Part shown: positions 31,633 to 43,133 of the stretch, in pieces
How positions within the stretch are numbered: the stretch's first letter is position 1
Layout of the letters: the number at the start of each line of letters is the position of its first letter
Assembly: GCA_025594325.1 (NCBI GenBank)
Contig: JANHCV010000012.1
Location: 186,001-250,000 of the forward strand
Length of the DNA: 64,000 nucleotides
Reading direction: 5' to 3'
Source: Blastocladiella emersonii ATCC 22665
Taxonomy: Eukaryota; Fungi; Blastocladiomycota
The notes under the pieces: generated by a model
What the model saw: only the letters and a program-made list of their open reading frames with translations
Database searches by the model: none
Told to the model about the DNA's origin: nothing
Position numbers and translations under genes: made by a program

Positions 31633-32359
31633 GACACTCCACGACCTGCCACGCTGCCTTCCTGCCTGCTAAGACGCTGCCTGCTAAGACGCTCCCTTGC
31701 CCTGACCCCTGTCCTGCCCAATACATTGATGCTGCTAAGACGCTCCCTTGTCCTCAACCTTCCCCCCCGTACCCTGACCTCTTGTCTTTGAAAGTTCCAC
31801 TTTCATGGCAAAAAAGGGTAGTGTATATATATACTCTGTCGTAATATGCCATGAAAGTGGAACCTTTACGGTGAGTGGCTTCATAGCAGCCGCTTGCGGC
31901 AGGTGGTCGGGGATGGGCTCGGGGGTCAGGTCAGGGACGGGCTCGGGGGTCAGGTCAGGGACCAGACCATGGAACTCTGTCAGTGGGTAGCCGCAGCTGC
32001 GCTGCTCTTTGTCTCGCTGCGCTCGCCGGCCGCCGCCGACCGCTTGGGGTAAGCAATGGTCAGCCCGAGCGGTTGGTCAGGGACGGGCTCAGGGATCTGC
32101 TCTTGGACTTGTCTCGCAGATTGACTCGCAGCCGTGCCCACGCGCCGTTCATCTGCACGTGATCCACGTGACCCACCCGCCACCCGCCCCCGTGCCGTAC
32201 CCCTGGGGCATTTGGCAAATCTCAATATATTACCCGGAGTAACGCATTGCCGATCACGTGGTTAGCCTGAGTGACTGCCGCCGACCGCTCGGGGTAAGCA
32301 ATTGGTCAGCCCAGGTGGTGGTGGGTCAGCCCATGCCGTATCCCTTAAGGGATACGGCA
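31614..32359 (-). repeat. Right terminal inverted repeat (746 bp)
   Basis: Includes the last codons of the helicase ORF; ends in the 26-bp palindrome 32334-32359. Confidence 0.95.
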
Positions 32360-32631
32360 CATGTAGTCCAGCTCTCTCTCAATGAATTGAGAATGGTTCT
32401 GAAGCGGGTGGCGGCTGTTGATGCCGACAGAAGGAGGCAGGAGACAAGTAGTCAGGAATGTCTATTCCTGCCTTTTGCCCCAAACCCAAGACGGGGAGAG
32501 GGGAGAATGGATAAAAAAGCAGGGCGCGCCGCAGCGGGGTGCGGCGGCGCGGGAGCGAGGGATTGCGGGCGGCTCACGCGAGATCAGATGATTGATCACC
32601 ACGGTTGTGGCCGCATGAACGACACGCAACA

Positions 32632-34479
32632 TCACCTCCCCCCAGACCTGAGCGACTTGACGAACCCTTGGTGCACCGCGTTCTTGAGCTGGCGACCGGA
32701 CCGGCTGCGCGTGATGGATGACGGCGGGTTGGGCGAGGGTGAGCGCGCGCGCTTCGGGTTGGCGCGGGCGGGCGATGAGGCAGCCGAGGACTGCGTGACT
32801 GAGAACTGCGACTTGTCGGCCGAGACTTGGCGAGGAGCAGGATCTTGGCGTGGAGCGGGCACAGGGGAAGACGCGGCGACTTTGGGGGCGAGACGCTGCA
32901 GCAAACGCTGGCGCTCGAGCCAGGTGTTGGCCGAGATCTTCTTGTGGTAGTCGTTGATGGCGCCAGCGGTGTCAAAGCTGCTGGTGGGGATCCACGAGTT
33001 CTTGGCGGAGCGATCGGACCAGCGGACCAGGTACTCGCGCTCGCCATTCGCGCCGTTGCAATGACGGAGGATGTTGCGCACGGTGTCCAATTCGCCCAAA
33101 GGCGCCGACTCGGGCTGGATGAGGCGCAGGTGGTGCGCGGGGTAGATGGACTCGGTCATGAGCTTGAGGTGAGCGAGCTGCTCCTGCTTGGTCATGTCGC
33201 GGAGGGGCGGCTGCGCGCGGTCGTTGCAGAGCGCGTTGGTGGGACGCGCGAACATGAGCGAGAAGGGCGTCGAGCTGTGGCGCGCGTGCGCGCGCGTGTT
33301 GTAGGGGTACTGGATGGCCGGGACCATGGCGGGCCAGCGGTTGAGCTGCCTGTTGAGCGAGGGGAGCAGCGTCTCCTTGACCGAGCGAACGAGACGCTCC
33401 GAGGCGCCGTTGGCCTGCGGGTGGTACGGCGACACGAGGTGGCAGTCAATGCCGGCCATGTTGGCGAGCGAGGCGATGATCTGGTTGGCGAACTCGGGGC
33501 CGTTGTCGGACTGGATGATGCGCGGGAAACCGAACTGGAAGCACGTGGCCAGGAAGCAGGTGGCGACCTCGCCGGCAGACGCGGAGCGGATCGGGTGCAG
33601 CCACGCGAACTGGGTGCAGATGTTGATGATCACGAGCACGTGCGTGTATCCGTTGGGCGAGATGGGCAGCTGCATGCAGTCCATGGACAGGTGGTCGAGC
33701 GGCAGCAGCGCCTCAATCGAGCGCATCGGGTGGAAACCCTGCCGCGTGGCCGAGAACCGCGCGCACGGGATGCAACCGGCAATGACGCGCTGGCAGTCGG
33801 CGAGCATGCCAGGCCATTCGTGGCCGAGGACGACAAGCTGCTGCTGTGTGGCCGCGGGACCCAAGTGGCCCCTGCCGTGCACGTCGTGGATGATCTGGTC
33901 GCGCTGGTCACACGGAACAGGCGCCGTGTCGAGGCGCTGTGCAGGCGGGATGGTGCCAATGGGCGAGAACTTGGGCCGCGGCGCGCTACCCTTGGGGGCG
34001 GGTGCGGCGGCGACAACGCGGGCGTGCGCGGCGGGCACAGGTGTTGAAGAAGAGCTGCCCCCATGGGTGGGTGCGGCAGCAAAAGCGCGGGCCCGCTCCG
34101 CGGGCGGGAGCGAGGCCGGCGCGAGGAAGAAGTGTCGAGCACGATTCTCCGCAAGGGAGAGATCGTGCGTCATGAGCTGCTCGAGCTCGCCGTCGCCGAG
34201 GGCACACTCGGGGAAAGACGGCGCGGGTGTTGAAGAAGAGCTGCCCCCATGGGTGGGTGTGGCAGCAAAAGCGCGGGCCCGCTCCGCGGGCAGGAGCGAG
34301 GCCGGCGCGAGGAAAAAGTGTTGAGCACAATTCTCTGCGAGGGAGAGATTGTGCGTCATGAGCTGCTCGAGCTCGCCGTCGCCAAGGGCACACTTGGGGA
34401 GAGACGGCGCGGGAGAGGATCTGGAGGGACCCCCCCCCCCACCAGCGGGCGCCCACGGGGGGAACGCGATACAGGACAA
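32632..34479 (-). pseudogene. Retrotransposon integrase + chromodomain
   Basis: HGRGHLG..CIPC zinc motif, HLSMDC, IIQSDNGPEF, QANGASER, EYLVRW..SWIP chromodomain; internal tandem duplication near 34020-34400. Confidence 0.85.
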
Positions 34480-35816
34480 CGGCCGGCGTGGTTGATGGCA
34501 ACAAGATGGGCACGGGCGTCGGTATTATACAGGCGCGACAGGATGTTGGGCAGCACGTTCAGGACGCCGGGGAGGTGCGTGACCAAGAACAAGAGGGAGA
34601 GCAGCGTGTCAAGCCAGTTTTTGAGGATGGGCGACAGGCGCTTCTGCGTGAACATGTGGGTGAGCGCCGCGTGGTCCGTGAACAACGCGAAACGGCGGCC
34701 GTGGAGGTAGTAGAAGAAGCGAGTGAGCGCGAAGACGATGCCGAGGAGCTCGCGCTTGGTGGCCAAGTAGTTCTGCTTGGCGGGCTGCAGAGAGCGAGAG
34801 GCAAACGAGATGTAGCGCGGGGACTTGCGGCTACCCTGGAACAGGACGGCGCCAAGACCGACGTTCGAGGCGTTGGTAGCGACGAAGAACGGCTTGGAGA
34901 AATCAGGCGGCGCGAGACACGGGGCGGCGGCGGCGGCGATGGCGGCCTTTAAGGCGAGGAACGCCTGCTCGCACTCGTCAGTCCACACGTTGCGGACGTC
35001 AAGGTTGATGCGCTTGAGGTTGCGCAGCGCGTCAAGCGGGTGCATGAGGACTGCGGCGAGCGGGATGTAGGCGCGCAGGTAGTTGACAAGGCTGAGGAAC
35101 TTCTGGACCTGGTTGCCGGACGTTGGACGCGGCCAGTTGCGGATCGAGACGACCTTGGCCTCGGCGGGCTGCACGCCCTCAGCCGAGACGACGTGGCCGA
35201 GCAGGTGCACGCGTGCGCAGTAGAAGAAGCACTTGGCGGGGTTGAGGCGGGGGTTCCACCGCGTGAGACGGTAGACGACGAGGACGAGGTGCTGCGTGTG
35301 CTCCTCGACCGAGGCCAAGAAGATGATGAGATTGTCAATGAAGACGCGCACGAACGGCATGTTGTGGAAGATGTTGGACATGACGGCCTGGAACTGCGCC
35401 GAGAGGGTCTTGATGCCAAACGGGCCGCGCGAAGACGACATCGGGCTGGATAGAGCTGGAATGATGTTGTCAAGGAACAGGTCTGCACGCACGGTCAGGA
35501 ACGCTGGGTAGCACCGAGAAGGCTCGCTGCGAATGGGCGTGCGGTTCGCCGCAGCCGAACGAGTGCGCGAAGACGACATCAGGCTGGATAGAGCCGGAAT
35601 GATGTCGTCAAGGAACAGGTCTGCACGCACGGTCAGGAACGCCGGATAGCACCAAGAAGGCTTGCTGCAAACGGGCGTGCGGTTCGCCGCAGCCAAACGA
35701 GCGCGCGAAGATGACATCGGGCTGGATAGAGCCGGAATGATGAGGTCAGAGATATTATTATTGTGAGCGACAAGCGCCACGTACAGGTCGCGGATGGACG
35801 CGCGTGCCCAGGTCAC
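34356..35816 (-). pseudogene. Partial reverse transcriptase/RNase H
   Basis: PFGIKT..AQFQ, FIDN (degenerate YxDD), LLGHVVS, NYLATKRELLGIV, FTDHAAL; N-terminal RT replaced by duplicated segments. Confidence 0.85.
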
Positions 35817-36161
35817 AAAAATGCGGGCGTGCCCAGCCAGTCGGGGTCGACCGCACCGGCGCTGTCGTGCTCACGGCGCGCACCAGAGCGGGCGGGGGCG
35901 GCGAAATGCGCGACGGGACCGAGGCGGCCGCGAAGGGGATCGTCGTGGGTGACGGTGGCAGCGCGGGCCGAGGTGGGGCCGAGGCGGGAGCCGACAATGA
36001 TGTGGTAGAACTTGTCGAGCAGGTGCGCGAACAGGCTGGTGGCAGACGCTGGCAGGAGGGCGAGGACACGGAGGTGGTGGGCGAGCAGGGGCTGGGAGCG
36101 GGGAATGCCGTCGACCGCGCGGGCAGGCGAGGAGATGAACTTGGAGCGGGAGCGCTCAAGG

Positions 36162-37538
36162 TCATCCGCCAAACTTGGTCTCGAGACCCGCGGGCCAGAC
36201 GGGCGCCACGGCCGCGTGGTAGTTGCGCAGGGCGCGCTCGCGCACAGCGGAGCGGGAGCGCGAGCGCTGACGCTTGTCGCTGCCGCCATGGTCACGATCG
36301 TGGCGGTCGTCGGGCACAGCGAGAAGCGCGCGCGGGGCGTCGCGGGACGCGCGGTCGTCACAGCCGGCCTTGCCCTTGTTGTAGTGGCCGTTCTTGTCGT
36401 GGGCGCCGCCGCCGCGGTGGTTGTTGTAGTTGTTGTTGTTCTTGTTGTCGTAGTTGTTGTAGTTGTTGTTGTTGTTGTAGTTGTTGTTGTTCTTGTTCTT
36501 GTCCTTGTCCTTGTCCTTGTCGCCCGACTTGGTGCGCGCGGCCAGCACGGCGGACGAGGCGTTGCCAGCGTCGCCGGCGGGCGCCTTGCTGCGCAAGGCG
36601 ATCTGGACATAGCCGTGGGGGCCAATGGGGTCAACGAGCGTGAGCAGGGTGCGCTTGGAGGTGGCGGTGCCGAGCGTGTGGCAGAGGGCGTTGTAGACGT
36701 CGTCCTTGATGCCTTTGACCGAGTTGAGGAACGAGGAGAGGAGCACAGGAGGCAGGTGGCCGGTGGGATCCAGGCAACCCCCCTTGCGGAGACGCCGGAC
36801 AAACACAACGCGGTGGCGCTTGAGGGTGAGGCCCAGAGTGGCGGGGAACGAGAGGTCGAGGTAGCGGACGATGGCGGCGCGCTCCATGTGGTCAAAGAAG
36901 TGGGCGATCAGCTGGTGCTCCTCGAGACCGGCGCCCTCGCGGACCATCAACTTGTACACGACCTGGGCGTTGTGGCCGACAGTGGTGGTGGCGGCGTTGA
37001 GCAGCTTGTACAGGTTGTGCAGCGGGTAGAGGACGCGGAGGTTGCGAAGGAAGGTGGCTGGGTCTTGGCAGTTGCCGCGGGTTGGGTGGCGGTAGTTGAT
37101 GCGGGTGCTCTCAATGTCGGCGCGCAGCTGCTTGTCAACGCTGGTGGTCGACGCGGCGGGAGCGGCTGGCGAGGCGGCGGCTGGCGCAGCCAGGGGCGCC
37201 TCAGCGGGCAGCATGTCGACAGCGAGGTTGATGATGTTGTTGTAGCGCGAGTGCGCGGCGATGAGCGCGTCCAGCGCCTTGGCGGCCTGGGCCTGCAGCT
37301 TGGGCGGGTGGGTGGCCAACGTGCCATTGCCCTGGGATGGCGCGGGTTGCGCGGCGGCGTCGATGGCGGCTGAGCAGACAGCGAATTGCTCACCGAGTAG
37401 CTGGCGCAGCTCGGCGGCGCGCGCGCGTGCGGCGGGCACAGCCTGGGGGTCCTTGGCCGCGGTGCTGCAGGTGCCGGGGAGCGCGGAGATGTCGCTGCAG
37501 AGCGCCGGCGAGATGGTGAAGGTGGGGTTCGAGGCCAT
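36162..37538 (-). CDS. Gag-like ORF of the chromovirus with N/Y-rich tract
   Basis: First ORF after the 5' LTR (MASNP); (AAC)-rich tract near 36410-36520. Confidence 0.65.
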   Translation of the reverse strand: MASNPTFTISPALCSDISALPGTCSTAAKDPQAVPAARARAAELRQLLGEQFAVCSAAIDAAAQPAPSQGNGTLATHPPKLQAQAAKALDALIAAHSRYNNIINLAVDMLPAEAPLAAPAAASPAAPAASTTSVDKQLRADIESTRINYRHPTRGNCQDPATFLRNLRVLYPLHNLYKLLNAATTTVGHNAQVVYKLMVREGAGLEEHQLIAHFFDHMERAAIVRYLDLSFPATLGLTLKRHRVVFVRRLRKGGCLDPTGHLPPVLLSSFLNSVKGIKDDVYNALCHTLGTATSKRTLLTLVDPIGPHGYVQIALRSKAPAGDAGNASSAVLAARTKSGDKDKDKDKNKNNNNYNNNNNYNNYDNKNNNNYNNHRGGGAHDKNGHYNKGKAGCDDRASRDAPRALLAVPDDRHDRDHGGSDKRQRSRSRSAVRERALRNYHAAVAPVWPAGLETKFGG

Positions 37539-38160
37539 GCGGAAAACTACTTGAAGAAAATGTTGATGCCGACAGAAGGAGGCAGGAGACAAGTAGTCAG
37601 GGATGTCTATTCCTGCCTTCGGCCCCGAACCCAAGACGGGGAGAGGGGAGAATGGATAACAAAGCAGGGCGCGCCGCAGCGGGGTGCAGCGGCGCGGGAG
37701 CGAGGGATTGCGGGCGGCTCACGCGAGATCAGATGATTGATCACCGCGGTCGTGGCCACATGAACAACACGCAACAGCGGCTCCAGCGCCTTCAATAAGT
37801 TGTTAGAGAACAACGTCGCAATCTAGCTGTGACAATTGCTCTTGCGATGCCGCTTGTATTAATATTAGTTCTGCTGCTTAATTCGCTGTTTCGCGTACAT
37901 TCATCTTTTGGTCAGCCGTTGATCGGGACGGCGTACGCGGCATTGAATAGACCCATAATCCAGGGTGGACCAGCGGCACTTTGCTTACATTTCATCAACG
38001 TAGCGATTCTATTGGACTTCGTGATCCTAAGAGAGTCGCAATTAATGAGCGTGTAAAGCGACTCGCGCTCGCCTCGCGATGCGCCACAGGTCACGCGACG
38101 TCGGTTTGGGGGTTTCAGCCCGCCCGGCAATCAAGTTCCCACGCTCCACACAACCACACC

Positions 38161-39172
38161 ATGAAGGCAAGAAAACGAATGAATGAATCTGCCACTGGCG
38201 GCAATGTATCAGGGCCTGGTTCCTCTGCCATTATGCCGACTCCTGCTGACAGCGGCGAGACTACGATCGCGCGTCCGACCACCACTCCAACCATTGTTGA
38301 CAAGCCCGACGCAGAAACCCCGGCGCTTTTAACTTGCCGCACGCCGTATCGTGGGAGCCGCGTCGAGACCTTTCGACCATACCGAAATGTGCCACCGCGT
38401 GACGTGTTTCTCTACCACGTCTCGCGCTCGCGCACCAAGCTGAACGCGCTCTTGTGCGGCTGCGGCGACTTGGCCGAGGTCGCGCGAACTGTATGTATGC
38501 GAAGCTGTAGCCAAGGGCGCCACCGCGATGCTTTCCTTCGCGCTCAATGACTGGCAGCCCGAGGTCCTTGCGCGAAAATTGCTCATATTATATGATCCTG
38601 CTTGGACTTAAATAAGTTCCTCCTCCCCGCATTGTGTGCCGCATGCAAGTGAGCCAGATAATCGCCTCCTGGTACATTCGATTCGTGCTGCCCCTTGCAC
38701 GGGCCTGGATTTGGTCGACCGCTTGTTTCCGCCTGCTCCAGGCGTCGAGCGCAACGACGAAAACCGGATGCGTACCCTCAACTCGAAGCTTTCTCCCACT
38801 AAATCGGCGGTCGTCGAGTTTACGCGCCTAATCCTTGGCGCCTTCACGGCCTGTCACCAGGTCGTCGCTCGTTACGGTGTATTTAGGCAACCCAGCTTGC
38901 TCATTTTCTTCGACAGGCCCGTCTTCGCTCCCTCAGCTGACCCTGGTACGATTCCTACTCCCGCGCTCGAATGCACCGTGGATGTGATTGTTGACATGTC
39001 GAACCTGCGTGTCGAATCCGCGCTGATTTCGAAACCAACAGAGACGCACACGTACTGCCCCGTTACCGACATTAGTTTACATTCAGCCAGTCCACCAATG
39101 CTACGTTCTGGGCGAGGGATCAGCAACCAATCGTCGCGGCTCTTGCTTGCAATCTTTGGACAGCTTGGGTGA
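38161..39172 (+). pseudogene. Internally deleted paralog of the DUF4470-like gene at 39271-42586
   Basis: LLTCRTPYRGSRVETFRP..GCGDLAEVARTVC matches the N-terminus, and IPTPALECT matches the C-terminus, of the neighbour. Confidence 0.7.
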
Positions 39173-39270
39173 ACTTGATCGAGTCAGCGGACACTCTCGA
39201 CTCATGAAAAGCACGGCCGTGAACATTGCCACGGAGAACAGTTTATCGAAAATCAGGTAACGACGTGACA

Positions 39271-42200
39271 TCAAACACCCTTGTCAAGAAAAGCCTTGAG
39301 CTTCGGGCCCACCTTGTCCATACCGCTGCCGCACACGGGGTATGCGGGAAGAAGAAGAACACGCTGGAGGTACGGCCGGAGCTGAGCGTAATTGTCCGCG
39401 TGAATCCGCGAGTCCGACTCTGGGACAGGCTCCGGAAGGGCCATGTAATCGATGAGGTTCGATGCTTGTATGTGGTTGACTGGGAGGTCGATCGAATGCA
39501 ATTTTTTGCCCATGGCTCTGGCACAGAGCCCTATGACGATAAGTCGCTCCACGCGCTGCGCCTCGCTGATGTCGGCTCCAACGTCAGTATCGATCCCCAG
39601 AGTGCACTCAAGCGCTGGTGTTGGAATCATCCCCGGTCCCGCTGACGGAACCATGGCGACGCGATCAACAAGAAGCAGGAAAGCCGGAACGCGATTGGCC
39701 GACTGTATAAATACGCCGGAGCGACCTGTTGCGTAGACATCGAAGAGTACGCGAGTTAACTCGGCCAACCACGAAGCTGCGGTCTCGGGCCGCATCACGT
39801 ATAGATCCTCCATTCCACGCGAGCGCAGCGCGAATCGGCCATTGTAGTCGGGACCGCGCGCAAGTGATTGAAGCAGGTCATGAAAGTCCGCTGCCGCTTG
39901 CATGCTTGCGCGAATCGAATGTTGCACGATGTAGCTAGCCAGTGGAAGAGCCACGCGTCGCCCAATGTGAGGGTGCCCTGGGGTAAGCCCTAAGTCGGTG
40001 GCCGCGGTCGTGACGCGCTTGAGAAAAAGTGTGAGGCGGCCTTGCTTGCGCTCGACCTTGGCCTTGGCGACGCGGACGGGTGACGTCAATCGCATGGCTT
40101 GCTTACGTCCATCAATGAGGATCGTAACGGCCCCGCGATCGAGCTTAAGCGCGAAGGCGGTTGGGAATGTAAACTTGGCCGGTGAGCCGGGCAGGAACGA
40201 GAGAACGAGTTCGACCGAGTCCATTTCCTCCTTCACCTGTACCACGGTAAGCGGCCACGTTCGCGGGTCCTCTGGTCCAGATTGCGTAAGCGATGGGCGG
40301 GACTCGACAATTGCAGAAATGAGTTTCGTGAATGGCCTGAAAATGCTCCGAGTGATTTTGGCAGCTGACATTGGGAGAAGCTTGCCTCCGACGAGCTCGC
40401 GCTCCGCTGTGGGTGGGCGCACGCCAAGAATTTCCTCACGAAACACGCCGATCATGGTCCCGGCCGGGGCCTCATCGGCCTGCTTCATGGGCACGTTTGT
40501 CAAAACGCGCAGGCGCGGAGGGTAGCCGTGAACCGCTTCGACGTGGAGGCTCTCAAAGTGGTACGTTATGGTCGGCTCGATGATTTCAAGGGCAAGGTGC
40601 GGAGATTGGAACACAGAAGTCTCGTTGGCAGGCAGCGTGACCTCGAGGCAATAACTGGAGTAGTCAGTCTCGAATGGTAGAGCGGTCCAGAGACCGTATT
40701 GAAGGATGAGAAGGCTGAGTTTAGCAAACTCACTGTCACTATGCCCACACGCTGAAGCAAGGCGGAGCATCATGTCCTTGCACTCGGACCGCTGAAGCGA
40801 GGTGGTGGTGGTTGAGCCCGACATGACAATTCGACCCGAAGCAAACGCGAACGCTAAGAGCTTTACGATAAACCCTCGCGTGGTGAAGTTTGGGGCTACA
40901 ATAGGCGGTGCGTGGTGTGAGGCTTCCAGAGCATCGGCTTGATTTGTTCATGACAGCTCGAAAGGTACCAGCTTGAGACAACTTTGCCTTGGCAACAACT
41001 TTTCCGCAGTCGATCAAAGCGCGCTCCAGAAACGGCGAAGCATCCAAGGCAGTAGGCACCGTCGGGTGAGGCAGCTTGGTGAAGGTCAAGTGGCGGATGC
41101 GATGGCCGTCGAGCTGGGCGGAACTCCACGCAAAGTGTTGATACCATGTCGCCGGGTCATCCATGCTACTAGCTTCGGCTAACGTGACGCCAAAGAATGC
41201 CGGGTAAGCACAGGGCAGAAGCCCCATCAAGTAGAGGAGGTACTCGTCCGGATTAACCTTGGGCTCAATATCCGCGACAGCAGAGTAGGCAAGCAAGCGA
41301 GCTCGTTCGCAATAATCGTCGTAGTGACGGAGGAGAACGGAGCCGTGAATAAGGATGCTGAGAAGGCCGCACGAGTCCATGAGATAGTTCGTGTCCACGA
41401 CGTCGAAGCGCATCGAGGGGTTGGCCGCAAGCTCTTCCATCACCGCGACGGTATGACCATGCATGAAGGTGAGGCGGAGTCGTTGGTTGTTTGCAGATAG
41501 GCCAGTGCGGAGCGCAATCACCCACTCGGTGATCTCGGCGAGCATGGCCGACTCGGGAAGCCCGCGACCAAGAAACAAGTCAAATGCATCTGTGGGGAGA
41601 GTATTCGGTTCGACCGCGTAATACGGAACTTCGTCGCAAGAAATGAGAAGCATAGTTGGATTGACAACGGGCGTTTGGACCGGATGAGCTCGACGACCCA
41701 GAGGGAATGCGCGAGATTTTGCGAGTCGGTCGAGATTGCAAGCCGTGCGAGCCGATTCAACCCCAGTGAGTACGCCGCGGTACTGCTCTTGCATCTGGGC
41801 CATAAACTTGGAAGCAGCGCCAGAGTGTTGATCGACCAGGGGCTGGGTACGACTCGACGCCGTCTGACGGTACCGCTCGCGCTTGTTGAACAGCGACTCG
41901 ATGGACCAGTCGACGTCGAGCCACGCCCGCCAGCAGCGGCGAAGCTCGCTCAGGGTCGCGTCGTTCATGACCCGTAACGGCTGCCTGGCCGAGACGTTGA
42001 TCCAGTCTTTCGCAAGGCACGAGCGAAGCTGGACGTTCCAGTAGTCGCGCACGTCGGGGTCGAGAACGATCGAGTACCAGAGCTGGCCAACGTAGCGAGC
42101 GAGTGTTGGCGAGTCGATCGCATCCACAGGAGTGCTCGAAATGGCGTGAAGGATAAGCAAGTTCCGCGCGAGGACTTCGGGCTGCCAGTCATTGAGCACA

Positions 42201-42586
42201 AACGAAAGTGTCGCGGAAGCGCCTTTGGCCGCAGACTCGCACACCGTCCGTGCAACCTCGGCCAGATCGCCGCATCCACACACGAGCGCCTTCAAGTCAG
42301 GACGCGTGCGCGAGTTGTGGTACAGGAACAGATCGCGGGGCGGCAGGTGGCGGAAAGGGCGAAAGCGCTCAACACGGCTCCCGCGGTACGGGGTGCGGCA
42401 CGTCAGCAGTGTCGGAATCGGGGCATCGGGCTGGTCGACGACAATGGCCGAGGCAAGCGGCGCTGCCGTCCTATTTGTCGCGGAGGCGGTCATGTCAACG
42501 TTGCCGATAGTCTCGGGTCTATTCATTTGCTTCGTTGGCTTCAGGGGTTTGCGAGGGAGGTAGCGAGCAGAGAATAAACGCGTCAT
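39271..42586 (-). CDS. Large DUF4470-like domain protein; frameshift or intron near 40900
   Basis: GCGDLAEV..LNDWQPEVLARNLLIL, FDVVDTNYLMDSCG typical of DUF4470; two long adjacent ORFs in different frames. Confidence 0.65.
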
Positions 42587-43133
42587 TGTTGCCGCCGCGT
42601 CCGCGTGAGAGTGGCCACGCGACCGCGGTCGCGTGACGATCGGCGAAACGCGTTGAGGCCGCCTTCTCAACTGGCAACGCAAACGAATCAACTCACCGAC
42701 GTTTAACTTGCTGCATTTCAGTCTTGAGCGGATGTTCGTATGAGTGGTCCAAACACATTGGGATGAAAACGACATCGTCGGGTTGATGCAGTATGCGCGG
42801 GCAGCTGGAGGAAGAAGCCAAATTGATATCAATCTATAAACTTTTCATGGTCCCAGGGAGGCTGCAGACGCGTCCCGAAACTGTCTCACGAAACCTGAAA
42901 CGCGACGCGTCGCGAAATCCAGTGAGTCTCACGCCGGTCACATGACGCGCTGCAGCCACCCCGCCGGTCGGTCGGCTCGCCGATGTTCGCGGGCGCCTCT
43001 CAAGCTCCCGCCCGCAACGCTATCGCCCCCACACTGCCACGTAGCTTAACGGAAGGACGCAGCAACCTCGCGCACTGCGACCGACACTCGTAGAAACCCA
43101 GCTCGAGCGACGCCCACCACACCACCGCCCAAG

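Larger units (their letters stand above)
16248..32359. mobile_element. Endogenous Polinton-like DNA virus (16,112 bp), complete with TIRs and 5-bp TSD
   Basis: TSD CATGT at 16243-16247 and 32360-32364; TG..CA ends; TIRs 16248-17023 and 31614-32359; MCP, minor capsid, ATPase, fibre, integrase, YR and primase-helicase genes. Confidence 0.93.
32416..37776 (-). mobile_element. Ty3/Gypsy chromovirus LTR retrotransposon, decayed
   Basis: 216-bp LTRs 32416-32631 and 37561-37776 (TG..CA, 10 differences); TSD GCGGC at 32411-32415 and 37777-37781; PPT GGGGGGAGGTGA; gag, partial RT/RNase H, integrase with chromodomain. Confidence 0.95.

Noticed and set aside
16248-32359. Classical Maverick/Polinton or virophage
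   Set aside because: No protein-primed PolB or cysteine protease recognised; TSD is 5 bp; replicase is an AEP-SF2 helicase
42880-42960. ACGCGT/CGCG clusters upstream of both UBC9 copies as cell-cycle boxes
   Set aside because: Such words are common in this CpG-rich host; enrichment cannot be shown by eye
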